64,000 bases of DNA from Escherichia phage FEC19: sequence record MH816966. One strand, 5' to 3'. The notes under the pieces are model-generated. The model was given only the letters and a program-made list of their open reading frames with translations. It made no database searches and was not told the origin of the DNA. Position numbers and translations under genes: made by a program. Each line of letters opens with the position of its first letter. Position 1 is the first letter of the stretch. Below are positions 55,197 through 63,927 of the stretch, in pieces.

Positions 55197-56657
55197 TTAA
55201 AGGTTAGAGAAGAAGCCGGATGCTGCAACGATTGGTTTCATCAATGCCATGATTGCTGCGTCCGCTTTGTTAGGTGATTTGACTCCACGCTTTGCCATAT
55301 CCTTTTTGGATTCAACTTTGAACTTGCCAAGAACAGACGTATCTTTGCGCGGCGCTGACATCTCAAAAAGAAACGTCTCAATCTCTTCAGTAGTCCAAGC
55401 TGGAATCCCAAGTTCCGGTATACCATCGGTGTCGATTGAAATCAATTCATCAGTCGGATATACGGCTTGCCCAGTTGCATATTCGTATGTCTTTCTGAAT
55501 CTCTCTGCAATTTCAGTCCACTTTTGCGCTTTTATGTTTGCGAAATGGTCTTTATTGAGTATTTCAACGTGTGGTAGCTCAAGAAAAACGTCATCAGGAT
55601 CATCAACAGACCCTTGCGCGTTGAACGCATTAAATTCGATTCTTGGAAATGATGGATTTTCATGTATTGCATACTCGTTTAGTTCATCAAACTTTGAACC
55701 AGCAAAAGCGCCGACACCGATGGCGTCATAAGTTATGGAAGCGCCGAATGTAAGCGCATCTTTCCAAACTCCGCTTGCCGATTTCAACAATTCATCTTCC
55801 AGGCCTTCCCACGTCTTGATGCCGCGCAATACGTTTCCTGTGACGAATGCAGTGGCGTTAAGGTCGTCGCCATCGTCCGCTACGTCAAAGCCTATACGGT
55901 TAGACCCTGACAAACTCCAGCCCAGCGTTGGGTGCTTGTGGAGATTAAGCGCGGCCTTAACGAATGCGCGGTTGATTACAGATTTGTCGCCGCCAGTCTT
56001 CGGCACGCCGCCATAAACGTGCTCTGCCTTTTTCGGGTCACGCTCGTACATGCCTGCAATAACGTCCAACATTGTTTGCGACAAGAATGGATTATCTTGC
56101 CAGTTTATCTTTTTAACAATTGCATTCTTCGGCGGTCGCATAACAAAGTTTTGATATACGAAATCGGCCTCTTCATCAGGGTTAAAGATGATCCATATTT
56201 CGGACCCTTCTTTACGTATTGTCGGCTCAATAATGTCCCACTGTTCTTCAGTAAGCGCGTGCGCTTCTTCCAGCCAAAGAACATCAACGCCTTCTGTTGA
56301 TTTGATTTCATCAACGTTACGTGCGATACCATAAAATAGAAATTCAGATTTAGTTCTTTTGTGTTCGATAGAGTTCTTTAATAAATTGAACTCATCTTTA
56401 AAATCAGAAATCTCTATTTTGTCTTTTAATAGTGTATATACAGATTCAGAAATCTTGTTCTGGAATTGTCGAACGCAAAGGAATTTTAATTTGAAGTTTG
56501 CCGCCAAATAAATAGCAAAACCAGCGGCATCGTGCGATTTGGAAGATGCACGACCGCCGTATATTACTTTGTATCGCGCTTTTGTCTTCCAGACTTCTTT
56601 TAAAGCAGGATTCAACTGGTACATGAATTTCCAATTATGTGTTAATATTTTATTCAT
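55197..56657 (-). CDS. terminase large subunit
   Basis: 486 aa; Walker A YGGRASSKSH near the N-terminus and a C-terminal nuclease-like half. Confidence 0.85.
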   Translation of the reverse strand: MNKILTHNWKFMYQLNPALKEVWKTKARYKVIYGGRASSKSHDAAGFAIYLAANFKLKFLCVRQFQNKISESVYTLLKDKIEISDFKDEFNLLKNSIEHKRTKSEFLFYGIARNVDEIKSTEGVDVLWLEEAHALTEEQWDIIEPTIRKEGSEIWIIFNPDEEADFVYQNFVMRPPKNAIVKKINWQDNPFLSQTMLDVIAGMYERDPKKAEHVYGGVPKTGGDKSVINRAFVKAALNLHKHPTLGWSLSGSNRIGFDVADDGDDLNATAFVTGNVLRGIKTWEGLEDELLKSASGVWKDALTFGASITYDAIGVGAFAGSKFDELNEYAIHENPSFPRIEFNAFNAQGSVDDPDDVFLELPHVEILNKDHFANIKAQKWTEIAERFRKTYEYATGQAVYPTDELISIDTDGIPELGIPAWTTEEIETFLFEMSAPRKDTSVLGKFKVESKKDMAKRGVKSPNKADAAIMALMKPIVAASGFFSNL

Positions 56658-56834
56658 ATTATAGTTTGCTTGTACAAGCTATATCAAGTAAAATTATGAT
56701 TCCAGCTTAGTAGTGGATAAAGGGTGATCTTTCGGCCAGATTTTTTCTGGCCATTTTTTTGATTAAAATTCACAAAAAGTTTGCCTTTCTGAAACTCTGC
56801 GTTATAATCATATTAACTCAAAACCGGAGGTAAT

Positions 56835-57050
56835 ATGAAACTCATCGACCGTGCCATCAAAGCCATAGATAACCATTCCACAGCTATTGCATTTGTAATG
56901 GGATTCTGTTTTACTGCTGCGTTTGGCGACGTTCACACATTCAAGTCTGTCATCTTGTGCTGGTCTATCTGGTCCCTCATTTCTCTGGTTTTGATTCTTC
57001 CGATGACGTGGCTTATCCTTACTTGTCTGGAATCTCAAGGTGAAGACTGA
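56835..57050 (+). CDS. small two-TM membrane protein (holin-like)
   Basis: GGAGG RBS; two hydrophobic helices and a charged C-terminus (LESQGED). Confidence 0.4.
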   Translation: MKLIDRAIKAIDNHSTAIAFVMGFCFTAAFGDVHTFKSVILCWSIWSLISLVLILPMTWLILTCLESQGED

Positions 57051-57271
57051 TGAGACTATCAATCAAAGAGCGGGCAAAACGTCCCAAAAGGAGTGAGCCA
57101 AAAGCGAAATATACATGCGTAGGCGGTCCATTCGACGGTCAAGCGATGTGGCTTTCAAAATCTAATCCATCGACGGTTGAGTTTAGCCTTCATGGAATGC
57201 GCGGCAGATACCTGCTAAACAGAGAAACAATCGGCAGCACATTTGTGGAGTGGAAAGAAAATGGCAAGTGA
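57050..57271 (+). CDS. hypothetical basic protein (73 aa)
   Basis: TGATG-coupled ORF. Confidence 0.4.
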   Translation: MRLSIKERAKRPKRSEPKAKYTCVGGPFDGQAMWLSKSNPSTVEFSLHGMRGRYLLNRETIGSTFVEWKENGK

Positions 57272-57494
57272 ATTAACTTTAAAAGTACCAAAAGAAGTGC
57301 TAGATAAGGCATATGCAGATTCTGTAAAAGAATTGGCCGTGGTGCTTGGGATTGAAAATGAATTTAACGTTCAATTGCAATTCCTTAAGGACACGCTTCA
57401 AATTAAAGAGAATAGAGAGGCTGGAAGCGGTGCGCCTTTAGCTCTGGCAATCCTCTATACAGGTCTGATTTTGCAATCTGGAGACGAACTGTGA
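57261..57494 (+). CDS. hypothetical protein (77 aa)
   Basis: Start refined to MASELTLK. Confidence 0.4.
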   Translation: MASELTLKVPKEVLDKAYADSVKELAVVLGIENEFNVQLQFLKDTLQIKENREAGSGAPLALAILYTGLILQSGDEL

Positions 57495-57652
57495 ATCGTT
57501 GGTGCAGTTGGAAGTTGAAACGTCTTGCCTGGGCCAATGCCGCCAATTCTGCTGGCCCAATCACCGCTGGCGTTGGGTCGGTATGGGATGGCGAAGGCCG
57601 TTGGGACTCGCTGTGTGGTACGCGCCTATTCTTTCGCGTAAAATAATTATCA

Positions 57653-57680
57653 CCCTTCCCACTTCGGGAAGGGAATTTAA
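57653..57680 (+). terminator. hairpin, possible terminator or attenuator
   Basis: CCCTTCCC-ACTTC-GGGAAGGG followed by AATTTAAA. Confidence 0.4.
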
Positions 57681-57690
57681 AGAGGTTATC

Positions 57691-58032
57691 ATGAACAACA
57701 CTTTATCACAACTGCTAATCTGGACTATCGCCGCTATCATCGGCACCGTCATTATGATGTCAAGCGCAAAGGCGCAAACTGATATTTGCGGCAGACTTAT
57801 TTCTGAGAATGGCGAGATTTATTATGGCAACTCAAAAGGCGATTATATATCACCTGAAGTTTGCGCTCAGAAGAAGGCGGAAATGCAAAAGCAGTATCAT
57901 GAAGATCAATCCATATCTCAGGCCGCGCTGATTGAATTAAGTATATCAGCCATCATCTTTCTGATCGTTTTTATGCTCATTATTAAACCAAATAATGACA
58001 GCAACCGTCATATTCCTCTCAAAAGAAATTAA
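57691..58032 (+). CDS. membrane protein with N- and C-terminal hydrophobic helices
   Basis: ATG at 57691 after AAAGAGG; the longer ORF-track N-terminus is rejected. Confidence 0.45.
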   Translation: MNNTLSQLLIWTIAAIIGTVIMMSSAKAQTDICGRLISENGEIYYGNSKGDYISPEVCAQKKAEMQKQYHEDQSISQAALIELSISAIIFLIVFMLIIKPNNDSNRHIPLKRN

Positions 58033-58070
58033 GGCTATAATACGGTTGTCGACAAAACGAGGACCGTAAA

Positions 58071-60407
58071 ATGCCAAGGCTAATATTCAAAAACAACTTT
58101 GAGGTCGCGCTTGCTCAGCCAACGACGACTTCAGACACCACAATTACAATCCGCTCAGGGTCGGGCTTTCCGACCTTGGCCGCAAACGAGCGTGTAGTGG
58201 CGACAATCGTCGACGCTGCAACAGGCCTCCAATTCGAAATCATCACAGTAACAGCCGTCGTTGGTGATGTCCTGACCGTTCAGCGTGCACAGGAAGGGAC
58301 TGCAGCGCGTGCATGGGCGGCTGGCGACATGCTTTCCATTCGAACAACTGCTGCGACTTTGACGGGTACTGTCCGAAACTTTGGCGTAATTCCTAATGGA
58401 GTAAACCTTAACGCGCTGAACGGAAGCTGGTTCGGGCAGTATTACCAACTGGCTGATTCTGGGGCATCAATATCACTCAACTATCCTGTCGCACAAGCGG
58501 GAATACTTGAAGTTTTACAAACGGGAGTTTCAACGAACGGATGTGTTCAGCGATACACACCTTACAACACTAACACTGTATACCAGAGGCTGTATAATGC
58601 CATCACATCAACTTGGTCTGATTGGGTTCAAGTTTATAATACGCAAAGCGTTATACCAGTCGCAAATGGCGGTACAGGACAAACGACCATCCAAGGGATG
58701 AAGTCTGCTTTTGGATTCGGAACGGTCGCTGATCAAAACATTGTTCCCACTTCAATGGGCGGTACGGGATCAGCAGACAATGCGCAGGCATGGCTTAACA
58801 TTCGTCCACAAGGGTCGACTCCGCTGGCTGGCGACCCTGTGAATGATTATGATGCCGCAACTAAGCGTTGGGTTGAGAACTTAGTAAATACTGGCACCGT
58901 TGGCCCAAGCATGAACGGTGTTATGAACTATGGCGTCGGTGACTTCCACTTACGCGACAGTCGTGCTTATATTCAACCATATGAAGTCGTTGCTGATGGG
59001 CAGTTGTTAAACCGCGCTGACTGGCCTGAACTTTGGGCGTATGCGCAAATGCTTTCTCCTATTGCTGATGCCGACTGGCTTGCTGACCCAGCGAAACGCG
59101 GCAAGTATTCACTTGGTAATGGCACAACGACATTCCGTGTACCAGACAGAAATGGTGTCCAGACCGGTTCCATACAAGCCTTATTTGGCAGGGGTGACGG
59201 CGGTAATTCATCGGCCAACGGAGTCGTTTCTGAGTCAGGTGCACCAAATATAACTTACTCCGCGCCGCACACAATGGTCACGTTGGCTTCTGCGCCAAGT
59301 CAGGTGGCGACTAATGGCGCTTTTCAGTCGATCACTTCTGGGGACTCTCCAGCAGCAGCAGGTTCTGGTTCAAGATTCATACAAACAAACTTTGACGCTT
59401 CTCGATCAAGCCCTGTATACGGAAGATCAGCAGCGGAAATCGTTCCGCGTAACTTTGTTGGCGTTTGGGTGATTCGTGCATCGGGTGGCTTTGTTGCCGC
59501 GAATACGACTTGGAGCGTTATTAATGGTGACGCAGTAAAACCTGCAACCGGAACGCTTGTCAGAGGCGGCAGTGTAAAATCTGAATATAAAATTGGCACC
59601 AACATTGCGTATCAAGCATTCTTGCAAGCATACGGTAAGATTGATGGATTAACGTCTGAACAAGGTGCTGTGATATCTAATGGGGTGCAAGAATGGAAGT
59701 TTGCGCAAGATGGCACATTTTATTTCCCTAACTCCATAAATCAAATTGGCACGGAAAGGACAGACGGGGCGCTGAATGTTAATGCATATCTCAGACCAAA
59801 AGACCTTGTTGCGCAACCGTTAAACTCAGTAGGCGTTGCAGCGTATGAAAGCAACGGCATGAGGATGATAAACTTCAACCAGTCAACACCTGGGTATGTA
59901 TCATATTTTTCAGGGGATTGGTATGCTGGCAGCTATACATTCGGAGGCGTTCGAGGCACTGGAACTGATTTGATGCACGCGCAAATATCCATAAACAATG
60001 GGCAAGGCGCTGCAGCAGATTTCAAATTCATGCCTGATGGTACTGCTACTGCAGGGAACTGGGTCAGCACGTCTGATGAGAGGGTCAAGACAAATATTCA
60101 AAGGATCTCCGACCCGTTAGGAAAGATGAGATTGATCAAGGGTGTGACTTGGGAGCGCCTTGATAAGTCAGAGAAACCGAATGGCATCGGATTTATAGCT
60201 CAAGATGTAGAAGGTGTATTTCCTGACGCAGTAAAAACTTTGAAATATTCAAACACGGAACTCAAGGATGGGACTGTTGTCGAAGATATCAAGTCAGTTG
60301 ACACTTACGGCGTTGCAGCGGCACTGCACCACGAGGCTATTCTCGCATTGATGGATCAAATAGATGAACTCAAGGCAGAGATAGCCGCGCTGAAAGCAGC
60401 GAAATAA
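58071..60407 (+). CDS. tail fibre/tailspike with C-terminal S74 intramolecular chaperone domain
   Basis: C-terminal SDERVKTNIQRISDPLGKMRLIKGVTWERL and coiled-coil tail, typical of self-cleaving chaperone domains of fibres and endosialidases. Confidence 0.8.
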   Translation: MPRLIFKNNFEVALAQPTTTSDTTITIRSGSGFPTLAANERVVATIVDAATGLQFEIITVTAVVGDVLTVQRAQEGTAARAWAAGDMLSIRTTAATLTGTVRNFGVIPNGVNLNALNGSWFGQYYQLADSGASISLNYPVAQAGILEVLQTGVSTNGCVQRYTPYNTNTVYQRLYNAITSTWSDWVQVYNTQSVIPVANGGTGQTTIQGMKSAFGFGTVADQNIVPTSMGGTGSADNAQAWLNIRPQGSTPLAGDPVNDYDAATKRWVENLVNTGTVGPSMNGVMNYGVGDFHLRDSRAYIQPYEVVADGQLLNRADWPELWAYAQMLSPIADADWLADPAKRGKYSLGNGTTTFRVPDRNGVQTGSIQALFGRGDGGNSSANGVVSESGAPNITYSAPHTMVTLASAPSQVATNGAFQSITSGDSPAAAGSGSRFIQTNFDASRSSPVYGRSAAEIVPRNFVGVWVIRASGGFVAANTTWSVINGDAVKPATGTLVRGGSVKSEYKIGTNIAYQAFLQAYGKIDGLTSEQGAVISNGVQEWKFAQDGTFYFPNSINQIGTERTDGALNVNAYLRPKDLVAQPLNSVGVAAYESNGMRMINFNQSTPGYVSYFSGDWYAGSYTFGGVRGTGTDLMHAQISINNGQGAAADFKFMPDGTATAGNWVSTSDERVKTNIQRISDPLGKMRLIKGVTWERLDKSEKPNGIGFIAQDVEGVFPDAVKTLKYSNTELKDGTVVEDIKSVDTYGVAAALHHEAILALMDQIDELKAEIAALKAAK

Positions 60408-60414
60408 TTCACTC

Positions 60415-60440
60415 AAGGCGCTGAAAAGCGCCTTTACTTT
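60415..60440 (+). terminator. rho-independent terminator after the fibre gene
   Basis: AAGGCGCT-GAAA-AGCGCCTT followed by TACTTTAT. Confidence 0.6.
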
Positions 60441-60460
60441 ATGCGCTATTAAGTTATACT
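60433..60460 (+). promoter_or_regulatory. sigma70-like promoter
   Basis: TTTACT-16-TATACT, overlapping the tail of the preceding terminator. Confidence 0.45.
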
Positions 60461-60488
60461 CATTATACGTTAACAAGTGAGGTGTATT

Positions 60489-60770
60489 GTGAAATTTGAA
60501 GATATTGATAAGGCTCATAAAGCAAAAGCGTTGCCTAAATATGTGATTTGCGGAATTGATCCTGAAGACAACCGCTTGGTTTTCTTGAAACAAGTTGATA
60601 GCAATGATTCTGGCGACGCAGTTAATTGGTGCATCCCTTTGTTTGAGACAGCAGAAGAAGCCCAGAAAGTATTGTCAGAAAGCAATCTGCCTAAACACTA
60701 CAACGTGATTTCACAAGATGACATGGCAAAATTAGTGTTTAATTTTATGGATATTGGGAGAAGGTTCTAA
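60489..60770 (+). CDS. hypothetical protein (93 aa)
   Basis: GTG start after GAGGTG; downstream of a TTTACT-16-TATACT promoter. Confidence 0.4.
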   Translation: MKFEDIDKAHKAKALPKYVICGIDPEDNRLVFLKQVDSNDSGDAVNWCIPLFETAEEAQKVLSESNLPKHYNVISQDDMAKLVFNFMDIGRRF

Positions 60771-60979
60771 TGGAAATTAAATTATTGTCCGATTTCGTAA
60801 AAAGTATTGAAGCCAAAGGCATGACAATCAAGGCTAAGAAAGGCGGCATTGTCTGCATTGACAAACAACAAAGCGATCAAGGCATATCACTTGATGACAT
60901 CAAAACTATGCAAAAGCTTAATAAGAAAGGCGACTTGCACAAGTTCTTGAAGGATATTGGAGCGGTGGACAATGGATAA
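60770..60979 (+). CDS. hypothetical protein (69 aa)
   Basis: Coupled ORF. Confidence 0.4.
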   Translation: MEIKLLSDFVKSIEAKGMTIKAKKGGIVCIDKQQSDQGISLDDIKTMQKLNKKGDLHKFLKDIGAVDNG

Positions 60980-61073
60980 AGAGTCACGACGCTTTGCATT
61001 TTGGGGCACGGTATGCATTGCCGCGCTGTTTGGTATCGCTTATGCAATTGCTTACGCTGCAGCGGCATAAATC

Positions 61074-61469
61074 ATGATCATCGATATTGAAAAGGCTCTC
61101 AAGCGCGAATTGACGCCAGGTGCGACTCCTGGCGAAGAAGCCTACTACCGACCGAAGGCGCAACGCACCAATGAGATTCCGGTCGTGAAGCGGACAGTGA
61201 ATAAGAACGGTCAGCGGTCGCGACCGCGCTCTATCCGGTCCGGTGAAAGGCTGAAAACGATTCGCCAGTGTCTACAACGACTCGAAATCATGGGTTGTCG
61301 CGCTTATATCGACCCTGATGGAAAGGTCATGGTGAGAATTGGCAATAGTACACAACTACAAGACGGATTGCCTTGCGGCGAATCCAGACCCATAGCAAAG
61401 ACCGACCGTGTGGCTACTGGCCGCGAGGTTGAGGAAAGTTGGTTGGGTGCTTTCTTATTAAAATATTGA
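61074..61469 (+). CDS. hypothetical basic protein (131 aa)
   Basis: ORF in the plus-strand late-right block. Confidence 0.4.
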   Translation: MIIDIEKALKRELTPGATPGEEAYYRPKAQRTNEIPVVKRTVNKNGQRSRPRSIRSGERLKTIRQCLQRLEIMGCRAYIDPDGKVMVRIGNSTQLQDGLPCGESRPIAKTDRVATGREVEESWLGAFLLKY

Positions 61470-61476
61470 GGTCGAC

Positions 61477-61671
61477 ATGAATAAAAATGAATCAGTAGCA
61501 TTCTTGCAATGGCTTGAAGGTGTGGTGGAGTATTACGCTCCAAAAGACCGTTTCATCTTTCAAGGTAAAAGCTTCAAGCGCAAAGGCCAAGCCGAGAAGG
61601 CAGCGCGCAAGTACTGGAAGGAAGTTTATTCAGAGTTCTTTCAGCACATCGGCACAGCTGGTATCGATTGA
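61477..61671 (+). CDS. hypothetical protein (64 aa)
   Basis: ORF in operon context. Confidence 0.4.
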   Translation: MNKNESVAFLQWLEGVVEYYAPKDRFIFQGKSFKRKGQAEKAARKYWKEVYSEFFQHIGTAGID

Positions 61672-61766
61672 TGAATCCAATCGTTACAATTAATAAACCG
61701 ATTTGAATGCCGCGCTATGCGGCTTTATTATAATTTAAGTTAATCACCCTCATGAAAGGTAATGAT

Positions 61767-62147
61767 ATGTCAAATAAGAATGATTCTATTCACAATACAT
61801 ATACTAAAGGCAGCGGAATGGCCTTTGGTGGCAGTATCAAAATTGACGCTCCATCTTGCGATTCTGATGGATTGGAAGTCGGCAACCGAGACTTAACATG
61901 GGTTTTACGTCGCCAATCCGATTTAGAAGAGAAGCTGGAAAATATTGAGCGTTCTCTTGAAAGTCTTCGCGACCAGCTTTTTGGTTGTCCTGAAGATGAT
62001 TCAAAACCTGGACCATATGCATCCAATCATGGTTTGATTGATAATATGCTTGCTATTACCGCTCGATCAATTGGTAAAACTGTGTCCATTGAATCATTGA
62101 TCAGTCAGATTGCGGATGGCTTTGGTGATGCCCATAAGAGTGAATAG
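61767..62147 (+). CDS. hypothetical protein (126 aa)
   Basis: Start refined to ATG at 61767 after AAAGGT; followed by a terminator. Confidence 0.4.
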   Translation: MSNKNDSIHNTYTKGSGMAFGGSIKIDAPSCDSDGLEVGNRDLTWVLRRQSDLEEKLENIERSLESLRDQLFGCPEDDSKPGPYASNHGLIDNMLAITARSIGKTVSIESLISQIADGFGDAHKSE

Positions 62148-62176
62148 TGGGTGTTGCTGATTTAACCGTGAATCGT

Positions 62177-62202
62177 GGGTCGCTGTGGCGGCCCTTTCTT
62201 TT
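62177..62202 (+). terminator. rho-independent terminator ending the plus-strand right block
   Basis: GGGTCGC-TGTG-GCGGCCC (one G-U pair) followed by TTTCTTTT. Confidence 0.6.
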
Positions 62203-62216
62203 GCCTGCCGCGCAGG

Positions 62217-62679
62217 AGTGTACTGCAAATTTACTGTGGGCACAAAATAGTACGGTACTGTCTAGGACTTTTTCTTTGAAAAGTTAGTGGACCAAATGTG
62301 TCGTATTTTGATTAGTGTACTGCAAATTTCATCAAGTACCAAAACGCACCAAAAGACCCATGCCCTAAAAACCACACGAACGCAATAATCAATCGCCGTT
62401 ACAGTTTCCAGCGTTACAATTAGAAAGCGAATGATTCGGCGCATAATAATATGAAGCATAATAGTTCGAAAGCGAATGATTGCGCGCAGAATAATATCGG
62501 TTGGGATTATTCTAGATGTCGGTAATTTCGCATGCGTACTATTTTCGGGCGAAGGGTCGGCATATTTCTCGTTTTAGTTCGGAACGAAGGGAAAGTTTTG
62601 CGCCTTTATAAAACAACGACTTGCGCGACCCGCCTTAACGTTCCGATATAGGTGTCTATATAAAACAACGACTTACGCG
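62217..62679. repeat. direct-repeat-rich noncoding region
   Basis: 16-bp AGTGTACTGCAAATTT at 62217 and 62314; about 30-bp GAAAGCGAATGATT...ATAATAT at 62424 and 62468; 22-bp TATAAAACAACGACTT(G/A)CGCGA at 62606 and 62658. Confidence 0.6.
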
Positions 62680-62802
62680 ATGTTCTCCATTTAACGTAAT
62701 ACCTGTTATGCGAACTAAGGCGCATCTCGATGAAGATTATGCGACGAAGAAGGGAAGGATAAAGGAGTTTTCGCGGAGAAGCGCATCGAGATAGGGGCGA
62801 AG

Positions 62803-62824
62803 AAAAGCCGCGACTAAGCGCGGC
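62803..62824 (-). terminator. rho-independent terminator ending the CpG-rich minus-strand gene set
   Basis: GCCGCG-ACTAAG-CGCGGC with a U-run following on the minus transcript. Confidence 0.55.
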
Positions 62825-62850
62825 CTATTAGTAACGGTGGGTGATTATAA

Positions 62851-63060
62851 TTAAAGGAATAATCCGGCGCGTTTAATTTGCCCAAGGACGTTATCGCGAC
62901 GGCGACGCATAACCGCGTATTTAACTTCTTCTTCGTATCCCCAGCCGCCGATGGATAACATCGAGTTCATATTATCGCATAATTCCTTAAGCTCGCGAAA
63001 CATATCGATTACGGCGGAGCGATGGGCGCGCGCGTTAAGAGAGTTATTCATATTAATCAT
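62851..63060 (-). CDS. hypothetical protein (69 aa), CpG-rich island
   Basis: ORF with codon composition distinct from the rest of the window; followed by a minus-strand terminator. Confidence 0.4.
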   Translation of the reverse strand: MINMNNSLNARAHRSAVIDMFRELKELCDNMNSMLSIGGWGYEEEVKYAVMRRRRDNVLGQIKRAGLFL

Positions 63061-63070
63061 TTTCTTCTCC

Positions 63071-63361
63071 TTAAAGGCTTACGATTTTAAAGAAAGTTAC
63101 TTCGCCGCCGAGTTGCGGTACAGCGATATATTCGCCGCCGATTTCGGTAATCGTATAAACGAAGCCGTTAATCGTTACGCGGTAGGATACGATGTCCTCG
63201 TCGCGATACTTGTAAAGGTCGAGGAAGTTGATCGGCTCATAAATAGCCTCGATAGTCGCGTCGACGTTAAAAAGATAGACGTGTTTAAGTTTTTCACCAA
63301 ATACATTGGAGTTTTCGGAAGTCTCGACGCGAGCGTCGCGGATAGCGGCTAAAGTAATCAT
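63071..63361 (-). CDS. hypothetical protein (96 aa), CpG-rich island
   Basis: ATG preceded by CTAGGAG RBS and the conserved promoter/leader cassette. Confidence 0.45.
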   Translation of the reverse strand: MITLAAIRDARVETSENSNVFGEKLKHVYLFNVDATIEAIYEPINFLDLYKYRDEDIVSYRVTINGFVYTITEIGGEYIAVPQLGGEVTFFKIVSL

Positions 63362-63429
63362 AATATTCTCCTAGTTAGTCGGGAGGGTAGCGACCTATTC
63401 GCTACCTCATCCCCTCTCGATATAAAACA

Positions 63430-63457
63430 TTATAGTCTTAGTGTACGAATAAGTAAA
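63430..63457 (-). promoter_or_regulatory. promoter of conserved right-end cassette (copy 1)
   Basis: Minus sense TTTACT-16-TATAAT with conserved flanks, upstream of 63071-63361. Confidence 0.5.
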
Positions 63458-63468
63458 GCACTTTTTCG

Positions 63469-63771
63469 TTATTTTGCGATAAAATATTTATAAGCCTTAT
63501 CGCCTTCTACGTCGATATACTCGACGATAATTAATTCTTCGCCGCGTGGCGTAACCGTCTCGATAAGGGTAACGGCTTCGTCGTCGGTCTTCGCGAAGCG
63601 GATTGCGCTACGTTCGGCATACTTAATATCGTCGAAGGATAATCCGACGAAGGCGACGGCGCGCGCTTTAATAATGCTCGTTTCGAGTTCCGCGTTAACG
63701 GCGGCGATAAGAGAGCGAACGGTTAAGCGGTCTTCGTCGTAAGTAAGGATAGAAGAGATTAAAGTGGTCAT
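63469..63771 (-). CDS. hypothetical protein (100 aa), CpG-rich island
   Basis: Start refined to ATG at 63771 after GGGAG; its own TTTACT-16-TATACT promoter. Confidence 0.45.
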   Translation of the reverse strand: MTTLISSILTYDEDRLTVRSLIAAVNAELETSIIKARAVAFVGLSFDDIKYAERSAIRFAKTDDEAVTLIETVTPRGEELIIVEYIDVEGDKAYKYFIAK

Positions 63772-63827
63772 AATAAAACTCCCGGTGCTAGTAGAAGGAA
63801 GGGCCATCGCCCGTCTCGATATGAACA

Positions 63828-63855
63828 AGTATACGCGAGTGTACGAAGAAGTAAA
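63828..63855 (-). promoter_or_regulatory. promoter of conserved right-end cassette (copy 3)
   Basis: Minus sense TTTACT-16-TATACT followed by the GTTCATATCGAGACGGG leader, upstream of 63469-63771. Confidence 0.45.
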
Positions 63856-63899
63856 GAAAAAAGATAAAATAATTTATCGCATTTTTATCGAAAAAGTGC

Positions 63900-63927
63900 T
63901 TTACTTTTTTCTACACTATATTATAAT
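63900..63927 (+). promoter_or_regulatory. promoter of conserved right-end cassette (copy 2)
   Basis: TTTACT-16-TATAAT driving a plus-strand gene whose ATG is at 63998 (truncated by the window end). Confidence 0.5.

Noticed and set aside
55249-55731. 160-aa plus-strand ORF
   Set aside because: Antisense to the terminase large subunit gene, which has a Walker A motif.
57499-57690. Long N-terminal extension of the 57499-58032 ORF
   Set aside because: The extension spans a hairpin and lacks an RBS; the ATG at 57691 has AAAGAGG upstream and begins the membrane protein cleanly.
62203-62806. tRNA or other structured RNA gene in the long noncoding region
   Set aside because: No cloverleaf-compatible arrangement or T-loop-like GTTCGAATC motif found by eye; needs tRNAscan or covariance search to exclude formally.
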